Source of the DNA: an uncultured Methanosarcinales archaeon
GTDB lineage: Archaea; Nanobdellota; Nanobdellia; Woesearchaeales; CAZYIM01
Length of the DNA stretch: 14,020 nt
Reading direction: 5' to 3'
NCBI GenBank assembly: GCA_964647565.1
Contig: CAZYIM010000052.1
Span: 1-14,020, forward strand
Position numbers and translations under genes: made by a program. This document shows positions 1 through 7,237 of this stretch, in pieces. Each line of letters begins with the position of its first letter. The first letter of the stretch is position 1. The notes beneath the pieces were generated by a model, which did no database searches, was not told where the DNA came from, and was given only the letters and a program-made list of their open reading frames with translations.

Positions 1-3000
1 CCACAGTCCCATTAATTGGTACATCCATGTCTGTCCTTATTCCATTCGATGAGTACCACTCGCTCCACTGGCCAAAATTATTCCTGGCCTTGACATTGAA
101 GGTATAGTTCTCATCGTTCGTAAGGTTGAGACCTGAGACTGTTATATTTCTCAAAATCGTTGAGCTCTCTGCCTTGATCATGTCCCAGCCTGGCAGTGGA
201 TAGGTGTTGTTGCCTATTGCGTACCTGAATTCGGCTATGCCTGACTCATTGTCAGTGAAATTGAAGTAGGCGGATAGGACTGATAGTGTGTTGGTCCAGT
301 CCCCTCCATCTGATATGCAATCTATACACTGTGGTGTGCTGATGTCCTCAACCAATATGCCGTCGCTCTCGGTAAAATTACCAATAATACCGAATCCGTC
401 TATTGCTCTCACGCGGAGGTAATAGACGGCTCCGGGTTTGAGGGACGTATTTGTTACGTAAGTGGTAAGTGTTGTATTAGTCCAATCCCTGACAATATTC
501 ATACCTGTATCAGGATTGGTGGTGTAATAAAGGAAATATTGATAGCTTACTGGACCGTGTGGATCTGCTACAGGCGCCCAGGTGAAGGTTATATTCTCAT
601 TGCCTGTTGTCCATCCTGGATCATTGACTGCTGTTACATTGGCCACTGCTGTGTCAACATCCCAGACTTGCTGTGTTGTATTGGCATAACCAGCAACATC
701 TCTGACAAACAATGATAGGTTGTAGCTACCGTCAGATACATTATAGAGGACAAAGGAGCAGTTGTAAAATCCTCTATCGCCTGCACAAGAGATGTTGCTT
801 CCGTAAGTTTCGTTGGTTTGATTCCAGAGGGGGGATCCCTGCACTACGTGGACAGTTTTGTTCGTCCCATTGGTGATATTGGCGAGTAATGGAGAGCTGA
901 CATTCACCATGAGGGATGATACATTCACCTTATAGTTATCATGCAGGAAAAACTGGATTTCGGCTATGCCTGCTACATTAGTATGATTCCTTGTGAAATT
1001 GAAATATGGAGGTACGAGATCGTAAGCCATCTCTATAGGTCCAACTATGGTTCCTGTCTGATTGAACATGTCCCTAGCCCATGCTGTTATATTGTTTATG
1101 CCTGGCCATAAAGGCACTGAAATGTTGAACCATCCTGTTGGGTATTCGGCACTGGTAACTGTGACTGTCTCTCCTATCGAAGTGTTTCCTTCTAGATTAG
1201 GGCTGATGTTGAACTTGTAGTTATTACCTCCCACTAATTTCCAACCAGTGACTTCATATCTCCTGAAATTTGTTGCTGTATGTCCGCTGAATTCTAGATA
1301 CTTGGTAGAGACATTCAAGTTAATCAAAGCCTCTGCATCCTCTGCGCTTAAATATATGAAATCATCTCCAATAGCAGAGTTGTAATATACTGTGGTCACA
1401 TCCAATAGATCTGAGCTGTTGACTATGCTAGTTCCGCTCCTGCATGGATCTAGGGTTCCCTGTGCTGCACAGACAATGGTTGTTGCATTATATAATTGAG
1501 TGTATCCTATGAAATCATAGTCCTGGTATGTGATGGCTTCTGGGAATGGATAGAAGACAGGTGTTCCTGGCATAGCTAAAGTAACATTGAATGTCCTGTT
1601 TCCAGCCCATCTACTGTTTCCGTTGGTATCAGTGCAGAACACTCCCCAGCTGTAGACTCCTGGTGTGATAATCCTTCTTTCCACATAGGTTGCGGATACA
1701 GTTGCGCTTGAATAGGTCTGCACTGTGTCCCAAGTCTTGCTAGGGTTGAAGTTGTTCCTGAGATCACATGAACTGATGGCAACATTATCAGATGCATCGA
1801 ACCTGAAAGTAACGACTGGATTGTCTGTGTCATAGCCGTCCTCAGGAGCGATAAGGTCGATTGTGATACCGCCAGTATCCTGTGCGACATCTACCTGACC
1901 TGTTGCTGTCATGGTTTCATAGCTTGCATGCGTGCAGGTGATGGTGAATGTGTGGGTTCCTGCAGAGACAGAACCGTCTGTTATGGATACGACTCCGTTT
2001 GCATTGGTTGTTCCTGAACCACTGATACCGCCGCTAGTTCCAGCAAGTGTACAACTAGCTCCACTGATACCTGTACCATTTGGATAGTTTGAATAAGTTG
2101 CTGTGAAAGTTATAGATTCGCCTTCCATTTTGCCATTATCTGCATTACCCCCGCTGATTTGGGAGTTGGCATGATGTGAGAAACCTGTTGAATCTGTAAA
2201 CTGGTTTACTGTGAAAGTTAATGCAGTTCCGTCCCAGCCAGTTACTAAATTTGATAATCCTCCTCCAATTAGTAAAGCCGGTTTTTTCTGATAGAGACTG
2301 CCGATATTCCATGTTACAGCTGCAGGTCCAGTAGCATATGGGCTGCTTGGATTAACATATATCAAATCCTGACTGATTTCTACATTAGTATCTATATTAA
2401 AGCTCGATGTAATATTAATAGTGACGCCAGTCCAGTCTATTTGTCCCCAGCCATCATTATCTGCAAGCACTAGATCATTTACAGCTTCCAGCGCACTGTC
2501 ATTTCTTGAAGCCAGATCTGTTGTATCTCCATTATTCTTAAATTCATCATATTTAGGTCGGATAGGATCAGGTCCTGCTTCAACACTAATAGAATCTGTG
2601 GCAGATGCATTGGCATAATTGGTTGTTTCTGCACAGATTACTGACCAGCTACCATTTAATGCAGGGAAATTTGGAATAGTCTTTTCAAAATGACCTGCAG
2701 GTGTTGTGACATCATCCATATTAATACCTGTAGTTCCGATAGTTGGGTAAAGAGTATTTAGTGCAGAATTGGCTGCAAAATCAGTACTTCTCAACTTACA
2801 TGTTGTGGAACTTGCTTCATCTATAAGAGAATCATCAATTAGTTTCTTGAAATCTGCCTGGAATGTGACTGGGCTGCCTGCCTGAGTTGAACCTACTGAA
2901 ATGTCTACATATGAATTCGCAACTAAAGTGAATGTGCCTGACAATGAGCTTAATGAACAAGACAAGTCATTGCTTGTACGTGTGCATGTATGATAGTTTG

Positions 3001-6000
3001 AACCATCACTTAATACAGATTTTATTATTGATGGGCTGAAGAACTCTAATGTTCCGGCAGTATTTAGATTTGCATTGTTACCTGGATTAGTTCCTCTTGC
3101 ATCTGCAGTGTTTGGATTAACTGTGATTGTACCGTCTGCGATGCTTACTGCATTATTGAAATTGATAAAGGATATGTTTGCGCTCTGAGTCCATGTAACC
3201 TTACCATAACTGTTTCCAACAAAGAAATTATTCTGGTCGTTAAGATTAGTTGGAGGTGTGATGCTATTGAAATTAGTACTATATGCTGCATCAAACTCAT
3301 CATATATAGGATATCGATTGGCTCCTGTTACATTAAAGGTCCAAGTCTGAGCAGATTTTCCAACATTGTCAGTGCTATCTGTACAATTAACATACCACTC
3401 ATATGTATTGGCAGGTAAGTTAAAGGCAACTGATGCTGTTGCTCCATCCTGCACTGTGCGAGTATCATAAGCTACATCAGCACCATAATATATTGTGCAA
3501 TTCATGGGATCTCCTGAATTATCAGATGCAGTATATTGAAGTTGAAGACCTCCTGAGTCGAACGAATGGACGGAACCGTCTGTAGGTGCCACAAGATTGA
3601 CTGTTGGCGCTGATGCATCCATTATTAATGATCTGCTGTTTGAATATGCCTCATAGTTGCCGGCAGGCGATTCTAGATCACACTGAATCTTCCAATTGTA
3701 TGTACCTGTTCCTAAACTAGCAGGAGTATAAGATATGGTTTGTGTTGTGTTGACAACAGTTGCTGCATTTGTACCTCGTACCTGCATTGTACCTCCTGAA
3801 GGTCCGAACATTAATTGGCAGGGGAATGTTGCAGGCGGACCTACTAAGGTTGTTGTCACATTGAACTTGAAATCGATCTGTACATCATTATTGAACGGAG
3901 CTCCATCGGTAGGCTCTCTAAGAGCTATGGTTGTGCTACCCGTGCTTGCGCCTGTATTGATGGTGCCAGTTGCAGTTGCTCTGTTACCTGCTTTGTCTTC
4001 GCAGATTAGTTTACCTGTCCACGGGTATATATAAGTTGCAGCAGGTGCTGTCAAGGTTTGAGGTGTGGTAGGATCTGTAGTGAATGTGATGTCTGCCATC
4101 TTGGCATCACTATTATTATATAATGTACAGTTCTGTACTCCTGCAGCTCCTGTATCTGAAACCTCGAAGGTGACTTGAGGCCGCTCTGGGCTAGTTCCTG
4201 TCTTAGCCCATGCGTCAGTGGTTATTGTTGGCGCTTGGGTATCCACTGTTATGGTTTGCGTTGTTGAAGCAACACTTATACCCGTGAAATCGCAAGTCAC
4301 ATTGTATGAATGGGTTCCTGCTGTAAATGCGTGTGTTATTGTTCCTGTATCTCCTGTATCAGTTGCTTCAGCAGTACCATCAACTACAAGTTTGCATGAA
4401 CCGCTATCTGCGCCTGTTGCAGTATATACGATGTTTTGGCTAGCAGTGTTAGTGAATAATGGTGAACTTGGGGAAGATATCGCTGGCGTACCGCCTGCAA
4501 TCACATTGAATGTGGTCTGACCTGCTCCATTTACAACAGGATATGCTGCAGTTTGATTATCCCTGCATTCCTGGTTCCAGGTATAACCTGTTCCTGCAGC
4601 CATAACTACAGGACCAAATGTCATGACATCATTGCCATCCTTGGTACTTAGCTTTTTCCAAGTAATGGTGTGCGCACTGCCATTGTTATATGTGACTCTA
4701 CACTCATCATTATCCATATCCTGGAAGTCTGCAACAGTAAACCTGAATGTCACAGGCGATACGGTATTGCTAGAAGGATTCAATCCCGAGATGGTTGGTG
4801 CAGCAGGATCAGTTATAGTTATATAATTGGTTTTGACTTCAGGATCACTATTTCCTGAATCTGTATCTGTTACTGTAAGCGTTATGGTTTTTAATCCTGC
4901 TGTGTTGAATCCGTATTTTGGATGTTGTTGTGTGCTTGTACCTTCGCCATTGAAATCCCATGAATAGAGGTCAATATCTCCTGTTTCTATTGTGCTTGTG
5001 TCCGTAAACTGAATTAATTTAGATTTTAGTTGAGTTGTAACATTAGCAGTGAAATTAGCAACTGGTACTGCAGGATCAACTACAGTAATATAATTGGTTT
5101 TTACTTCATCATCAGTTTTTCCTGCTGTGCTAGTTACGGTTAGGGTTATTGTTTTATCGCCTGCTGTGTTGAATCCGTATTCTGGATGTCGTTGTGTGCT
5201 TGTGCCTTCGCCATTCAAGTCCCATGCATAAGTGGCTATTGTACCGCTGCCGCTAATTGTGCTTGTGTCTGTAAACTGGACTAATTTAGTTCTCCTTACT
5301 GTAGTCATATTTGCTGTGAAATTAGCGACCGGGGTAGAGGGATCTGCTACATCTATGTAACTGCTTTTGGTTATAGTATCTGATTTTCCTGTTGCACTAA
5401 CTGTGATAGTCAGCTTAACATCATAGGTGCCGGCTTTATCTTCATTGAATGTATATGATGGATTCTGTTGAGTGCTTGTGTGCACTGTATTGCCGCCGGT
5501 GCTATTGATGATTTCCCAGCTCCATGTATTAATAGGATCTGTACCGTCTACTGTACTGGTATCTGTGAATTGGACTGGTAAGGGTGCAACACCGCTTGGA
5601 GGACTTGCTGTAAAATTAGCTACGGGCTTATAGCCATCTGCAACAGTAATGGTTTTTGTTGTGGTGTTGGTTAGGCTGTTACTATCAGTTACAGTCAAGG
5701 TTACATCCTTAGACCCACTCGTCATAAATAACCAAGATGGATTCTGAGCTGTGCTTGTGCCTTCTCCATTAAAGTCCCATAGTCTGCTGGTAATGGCTCC
5801 ATCTCCTGCAGTACTAGCATCTGTAAAATAGATAGTTTCTGGCGCCACAGGATCCGCAGGCAAATATGTGAAGTCTGCTGTTGGCGGAGTTTCTGATGCT
5901 GGAACCACAAATGTCAACTCATTGCTGAATAAAAATCCTGTGCACCCAACCCGCCAAGTGTATGTGTCTTCAGTTGTTGGCACAGTCCCTGTTATGCTGC

Positions 6001-6799
6001 CATCTGTTCCGGTTCCGGATACAGGAACTGCAGTGCTGCTTATTCTTGAATAGTCTCCTGCTGAAGGTTTTGCATAAACGTCACAAGTGGTGCTTGCAGG
6101 TATGTCTGTATAATCGAATGTGAATGCTTGAGTTGCATCTCCTGCTGTGAGATCATCACCATCAGGTGATTTGAGGGTTATATCTGGATTGGTTGTTGCT
6201 GTCCATTGTGCGTGGAGTTCGGTGTTTTCAGCGATGATGAAGGTGTCGTCTGCTTGGTAACCTGTTCCGCTTCCGTCTGCTGCTGTGTTCCATTCGCTGA
6301 AGGTGGATCCTGTTTTTACTAGATTTCCTGTGTTGCCTAGGACCTGGACTTCTGCTCCACTTGCGTATGGGCTGTCTATGTCTGTTGGCACATTACCGCC
6401 AGTATTGCCATTTCCGTGGTAGGTTACTGTGTATGTTTGTGGATTAATCACAACTTCGACTGTAGCAGTTCCTGTATCTACAGGGTCATCACAATAATAT
6501 GTGGCGCGGGCTGTATATGTGTCTGCAGTAGTATATGGATGTGTTATAGTTAAGTCTGTTGAAGCGTCTTCAACATTTCCATCTCCAAAGTCCCAGTCAA
6601 CTTCATCAAATGTGTTACATTCTCCAGGATCAATTGTTATTGTGAACATGACATCTTGATTGACTAATTGAGGAGTAGGATCTGCATCTAAATTGATAGG
6701 TATAGTGCCCATTACAAACCATCCAGCAACTGCCAATATAGCCAGAACTATCAATGGCATCACGATCTTGGTATTGGCTTGGCTTCTTTTCTTCATCAT
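1..6799 (-). CDS. Giant secreted modular surface/adhesin-like glycoprotein (>2266 aa, 3' end beyond the window): signal peptide, PKD, InlB-B/Flg_new repeat, 4 tandem PKD, multiple Cys-paired Ig-like domains, FN3-like domains
   Basis: Hand translation from the ATG at 6799 (second ATG at 6796) down to position 2 found no in-frame stop. The N-terminus is MMKKRSQANTKIVMPLIVLAILAVAGWFVMG (basic n-region plus hydrophobic stretch). Motifs seen: VDWDFGDG, PVANFTA...QFTDTS...WDFNGEGTSTQQHP, YTVTYHGNG...FSEWNTAADGSG...LHAQW, repeated C-x-L/I/V...Y-x-W-x-V/I-x-C, and DNESGIAEFRYAIG...YTFNVKARN. The protein is Thr/Asn/Gly/Ser-rich. It is absent from the ORF track because it has no stop in the window. Confidence 0.95.
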   Translation of the reverse strand, partial: MMKKRSQANTKIVMPLIVLAILAVAGWFVMGTIPINLDADPTPQLVNQDVMFTITIDPGECNTFDEVDWDFGDGNVEDASTDLTITHPYTTADTYTARATYYCDDPVDTGTATVEVVINPQTYTVTYHGNGNTGGNVPTDIDSPYASGAEVQVLGNTGNLVKTGSTFSEWNTAADGSGTGYQADDTFIIAENTELHAQWTATTNPDITLKSPDGDDLTAGDATQAFTFDYTDIPASTTCDVYAKPSAGDYSRISSTAVPVSGTGTDGSITGTVPTTEDTYTWRVGCTGFLFSNELTFVVPASETPPTADFTYLPADPVAPETIYFTDASTAGDGAITSRLWDFNGEGTSTAQNPSWLFMTSGSKDVTLTVTDSNSLTNTTTKTITVADGYKPVANFTASPPSGVAPLPVQFTDTSTVDGTDPINTWSWEIINSTGGNTVHTSTQQNPSYTFNEDKAGTYDVKLTITVSATGKSDTITKSSYIDVADPSTPVANFTANMTTVRRTKLVQFTDTSTISGSGTIATYAWDLNGEGTSTQRHPEYGFNTAGDKTITLTVTSTAGKTDDEVKTNYITVVDPAVPVANFTANVTTQLKSKLIQFTDTSTIETGDIDLYSWDFNGEGTSTQQHPKYGFNTAGLKTITLTVTDTDSGNSDPEVKTNYITITDPAAPTISGLNPSSNTVSPVTFRFTVADFQDMDNDECRVTYNNGSAHTITWKKLSTKDGNDVMTFGPVVMAAGTGYTWNQECRDNQTAAYPVVNGAGQTTFNVIAGGTPAISSPSSPLFTNTASQNIVYTATGADSGSCKLVVDGTAEATDTGDTGTITHAFTAGTHSYNVTCDFTGISVASTTQTITVDTQAPTITTDAWAKTGTSPERPQVTFEVSDTGAAGVQNCTLYNNSDAKMADITFTTDPTTPQTLTAPAATYIYPWTGKLICEDKAGNRATATGTINTGASTGSTTIALREPTDGAPFNNDVQIDFKFNVTTTLVGPPATFPCQLMFGPSGGTMQVRGTNAATVVNTTQTISYTPASLGTGTYNWKIQCDLESPAGNYEAYSNSRSLIMDASAPTVNLVAPTDGSVHSFDSGGLQLQYTASDNSGDPMNCTIYYGADVAYDTRTVQDGATASVAFNLPANTYEWYVNCTDSTDNVGKSAQTWTFNVTGANRYPIYDEFDAAYSTNFNSITPPTNLNDQNNFFVGNSYGKVTWTQSANISFINFNNAVSIADGTITVNPNTADARGTNPGNNANLNTAGTLEFFSPSIIKSVLSDGSNYHTCTRTSNDLSCSLSSLSGTFTLVANSYVDISVGSTQAGSPVTFQADFKKLIDDSLIDEASSTTCKLRSTDFAANSALNTLYPTIGTTGINMDDVTTPAGHFEKTIPNFPALNGSWSVICAETTNYANASATDSISVEAGPDPIRPKYDEFKNNGDTTDLASRNDSALEAVNDLVLADNDGWGQIDWTGVTINITSSFNIDTNVEISQDLIYVNPSSPYATGPAAVTWNIGSLYQKKPALLIGGGLSNLVTGWDGTALTFTVNQFTDSTGFSHHANSQISGGNADNGKMEGESITFTATYSNYPNGTGISGASCTLAGTSGGISGSGTTNANGVVSITDGSVSAGTHTFTITCTHASYETMTATGQVDVAQDTGGITIDLIAPEDGYDTDNPVVTFRFDASDNVAISSCDLRNNFNPSKTWDTVQTYSSATVSATYVERRIITPGVYSWGVFCTDTNGNSRWAGNRTFNVTLAMPGTPVFYPFPEAITYQDYDFIGYTQLYNATTIVCAAQGTLDPCRSGTSIVNSSDLLDVTTVYYNSAIGDDFIYLSAEDAEALINLNVSTKYLEFSGHTATNFRRYEVTGWKLVGGNNYKFNISPNLEGNTSIGETVTVTSAEYPTGWFNISVPLWPGINNITAWARDMFNQTGTIVGPIEMAYDLVPPYFNFTRNHTNVAGIAEIQFFLHDNYKVNVSSLMVNVSSPLLANITNGTNKTVHVVQGSPLWNQTNETYGSNISCAGDRGFYNCSFVLYNVSDGSYNLSLFVRDVAGYANTTQQVWDVDTAVANVTAVNDPGWTTGNENITFTWAPVADPHGPVSYQYFLYYTTNPDTGMNIVRDWTNTTLTTYVTNTSLKPGAVYYLRVRAIDGFGIIGNFTESDGILVEDISTPQCIDCISDGGDWTNTLSVLSAYFNFTDNESGIAEFRYAIGNNTYPLPGWDMIKAESSTILRNITVSGLNLTNDENYTFNVKARNNFGQWSEWYSSNGIRTDMDVPINGTV
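4808..5887 (-). repeat. Four tandem PKD domains (~85-92 aa each) within the giant CDS
   Basis: Units start PTADFTY, PVANFTA, PVANFTA and PVANFTA. They contain (Y/Q)FTD(A/T)S and TST(A/Q)(Q/R)(N/H)P and end in TITV / YIDV / YITV / YITI. The last two units share 62/67 identical nt (4896-4962 vs 5160-5226, offset 264 bp). Confidence 0.9.
6203..6433 (-). other. InlB B-repeat / Listeria-Bacteroides repeat (Flg_new-like) domain within the giant CDS
   Basis: Translation YTVTYHGNGNTGGNVPTDIDSPYASGAEVQVLGNTGNLVKTGSTFSEWNTAADGSGTGYQADDTFIIAENTELHAQW fits the family pattern YTVTY.NG...K.GYTF.GWNT..DGSG..Y......TLYAQW. Confidence 0.85.
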
Positions 6800-6990
6800 T
6801 TTGCTATTGCTGCTTTTATATTGACTAGCAGGGCAGTTCCCAGCTTTTGTACGGTTACATTCTCATTATATGTCTTGATCAGATCCCGTACTGTTCCCAT
6901 CTCGATATCGAAATGTTTGGAGATAGAAGTATAGGTCTGGTTAGGATTATCTTGTAAGTATTCGAGGAAATCTTCTTTACTGGGTATTAT
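6796..6990 (-). CDS. Small winged helix-turn-helix DNA-binding protein (64 aa), apparent non-canonical ATA start
   Basis: Translation: (M)IPSKEDFLEYLQDNPNQTYTSISKHFDIEMGTVRDLIKTYNENVTVQKLGTALLVNIKAAIAK*. This reads as helix 1 (KEDFLEYLQDN), HTH (TYTSISKHFDIEMGTVRDLIKTY) and a beta-hairpin wing (VTVQKLGTALLVNI). GGTGAT lies 6 nt upstream of the ATA at 6990. The TGA stop (6798-6796) overlaps the ATG of the giant gene. An in-frame TAG lies a few codons upstream, with no in-frame ATG/GTG/TTG before codon 31. Confidence 0.75.
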   Translation of the reverse strand: MIPSKEDFLEYLQDNPNQTYTSISKHFDIEMGTVRDLIKTYNENVTVQKLGTALLVNIKAAIAK

Positions 6991-6996
6991 TTTCCT

Positions 6997-7002
6997 ATCA
7001 CC
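6997..7002 (-). promoter_or_regulatory. Archaeal-type Shine-Dalgarno GGTGAT for the wHTH gene
   Basis: The minus strand reads TAGATA-GGTGAT-AGGAAA-ATA ATA CCC, a 6-nt spacing to the first ATA. Confidence 0.65.
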
Positions 7003-7010
7003 TATCTAAA

Positions 7011-7120
7011 ATCTATTGTTATCAATTAAAATCAATTAATAATAATTGTTTACATTTGTTTTCAATTGCAATCAATTAAAAACGTTTGATTTCGATTGTT
7101 TTTGATTAAAAACGTTCAAT
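7011..7120. repeat. Tandem array of 11 degenerate, self-complementary 10-bp repeats (consensus WWCRATTRWW, idealised ATCAATTGAT)
   Basis: Consecutive decamers: atctattgtt, atcaattaaa, atcaattaat, aataattgtt, tacatttgtt, ttcaattgca, atcaattaaa, aacgtttgat, ttcgattgtt, tttgattaaa, aacgttcaat. Column conservation: pos3 C 9/11 (pyrimidine 11/11), pos4 purine 10/11, pos6 T 11/11, pos7 T 10/11, pos8 purine 11/11. There are no indels between units. Confidence 0.85.
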
Positions 7121-7186
7121 TTGACTTTCTTTTATTTCTTTATGTTTGATAACAAACTAAATTACATCTATTATTCATAATACTCA

Positions 7187-7201
7187 TATTTAAAGTTTTC
7201 G
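7187..7201 (-). promoter_or_regulatory. Archaeal promoter (BRE + TATA) driving the wHTH/giant surface protein unit
   Basis: The minus strand reads CGAAAAC-TTTAAATA, a purine-rich BRE directly followed by a TATA box. The predicted TSS is around 7160-7165, upstream of the repeat array. Confidence 0.7.
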
Positions 7202-7237
7202 ATACTGCAGAAGATATTATTATTATAGAATTAGAAT

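Noticed and set aside
4896..5226. Near-identical repeat pair as a DGR template/variable repeat
   Set aside because: The five mismatches are not adenine-specific on one strand, both copies are in-frame PKD coding units, and there is no reverse transcriptase in the window.
1576..6053. Short ORFs in the track (1576-1890, 2421-2618, 3735-4034, 4218-4520, 4623-4826, 4670-4858, 5722-5910, 5868-6053)
   Set aside because: All lie within the giant minus-strand CDS as antisense or alternate-frame shadows and show no recognisable motifs.
1..6799. Possibility of stop-codon recoding or a fragmented pseudogene explaining the absence of a long ORF in the track
   Set aside because: Codon-by-codon translation found no in-frame TAA/TAG/TGA. 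The ORF is missing only because it runs off the window.
6710..6799. KKRSQ N-terminus as a class III (pilin-like) signal peptide
   Set aside because: The residues after Q (ANTK) are polar and the hydrophobic stretch ends in a plausible SPI site (FVMG). An ordinary Sec signal or anchor is at least as likely, so this was not called.
7011..7120. Repeat array as a CRISPR array or coding repeat
   Set aside because: The units are 10 bp, contiguous and degenerate with no spacers, there are no cas genes, and no credible ORF spans the array.
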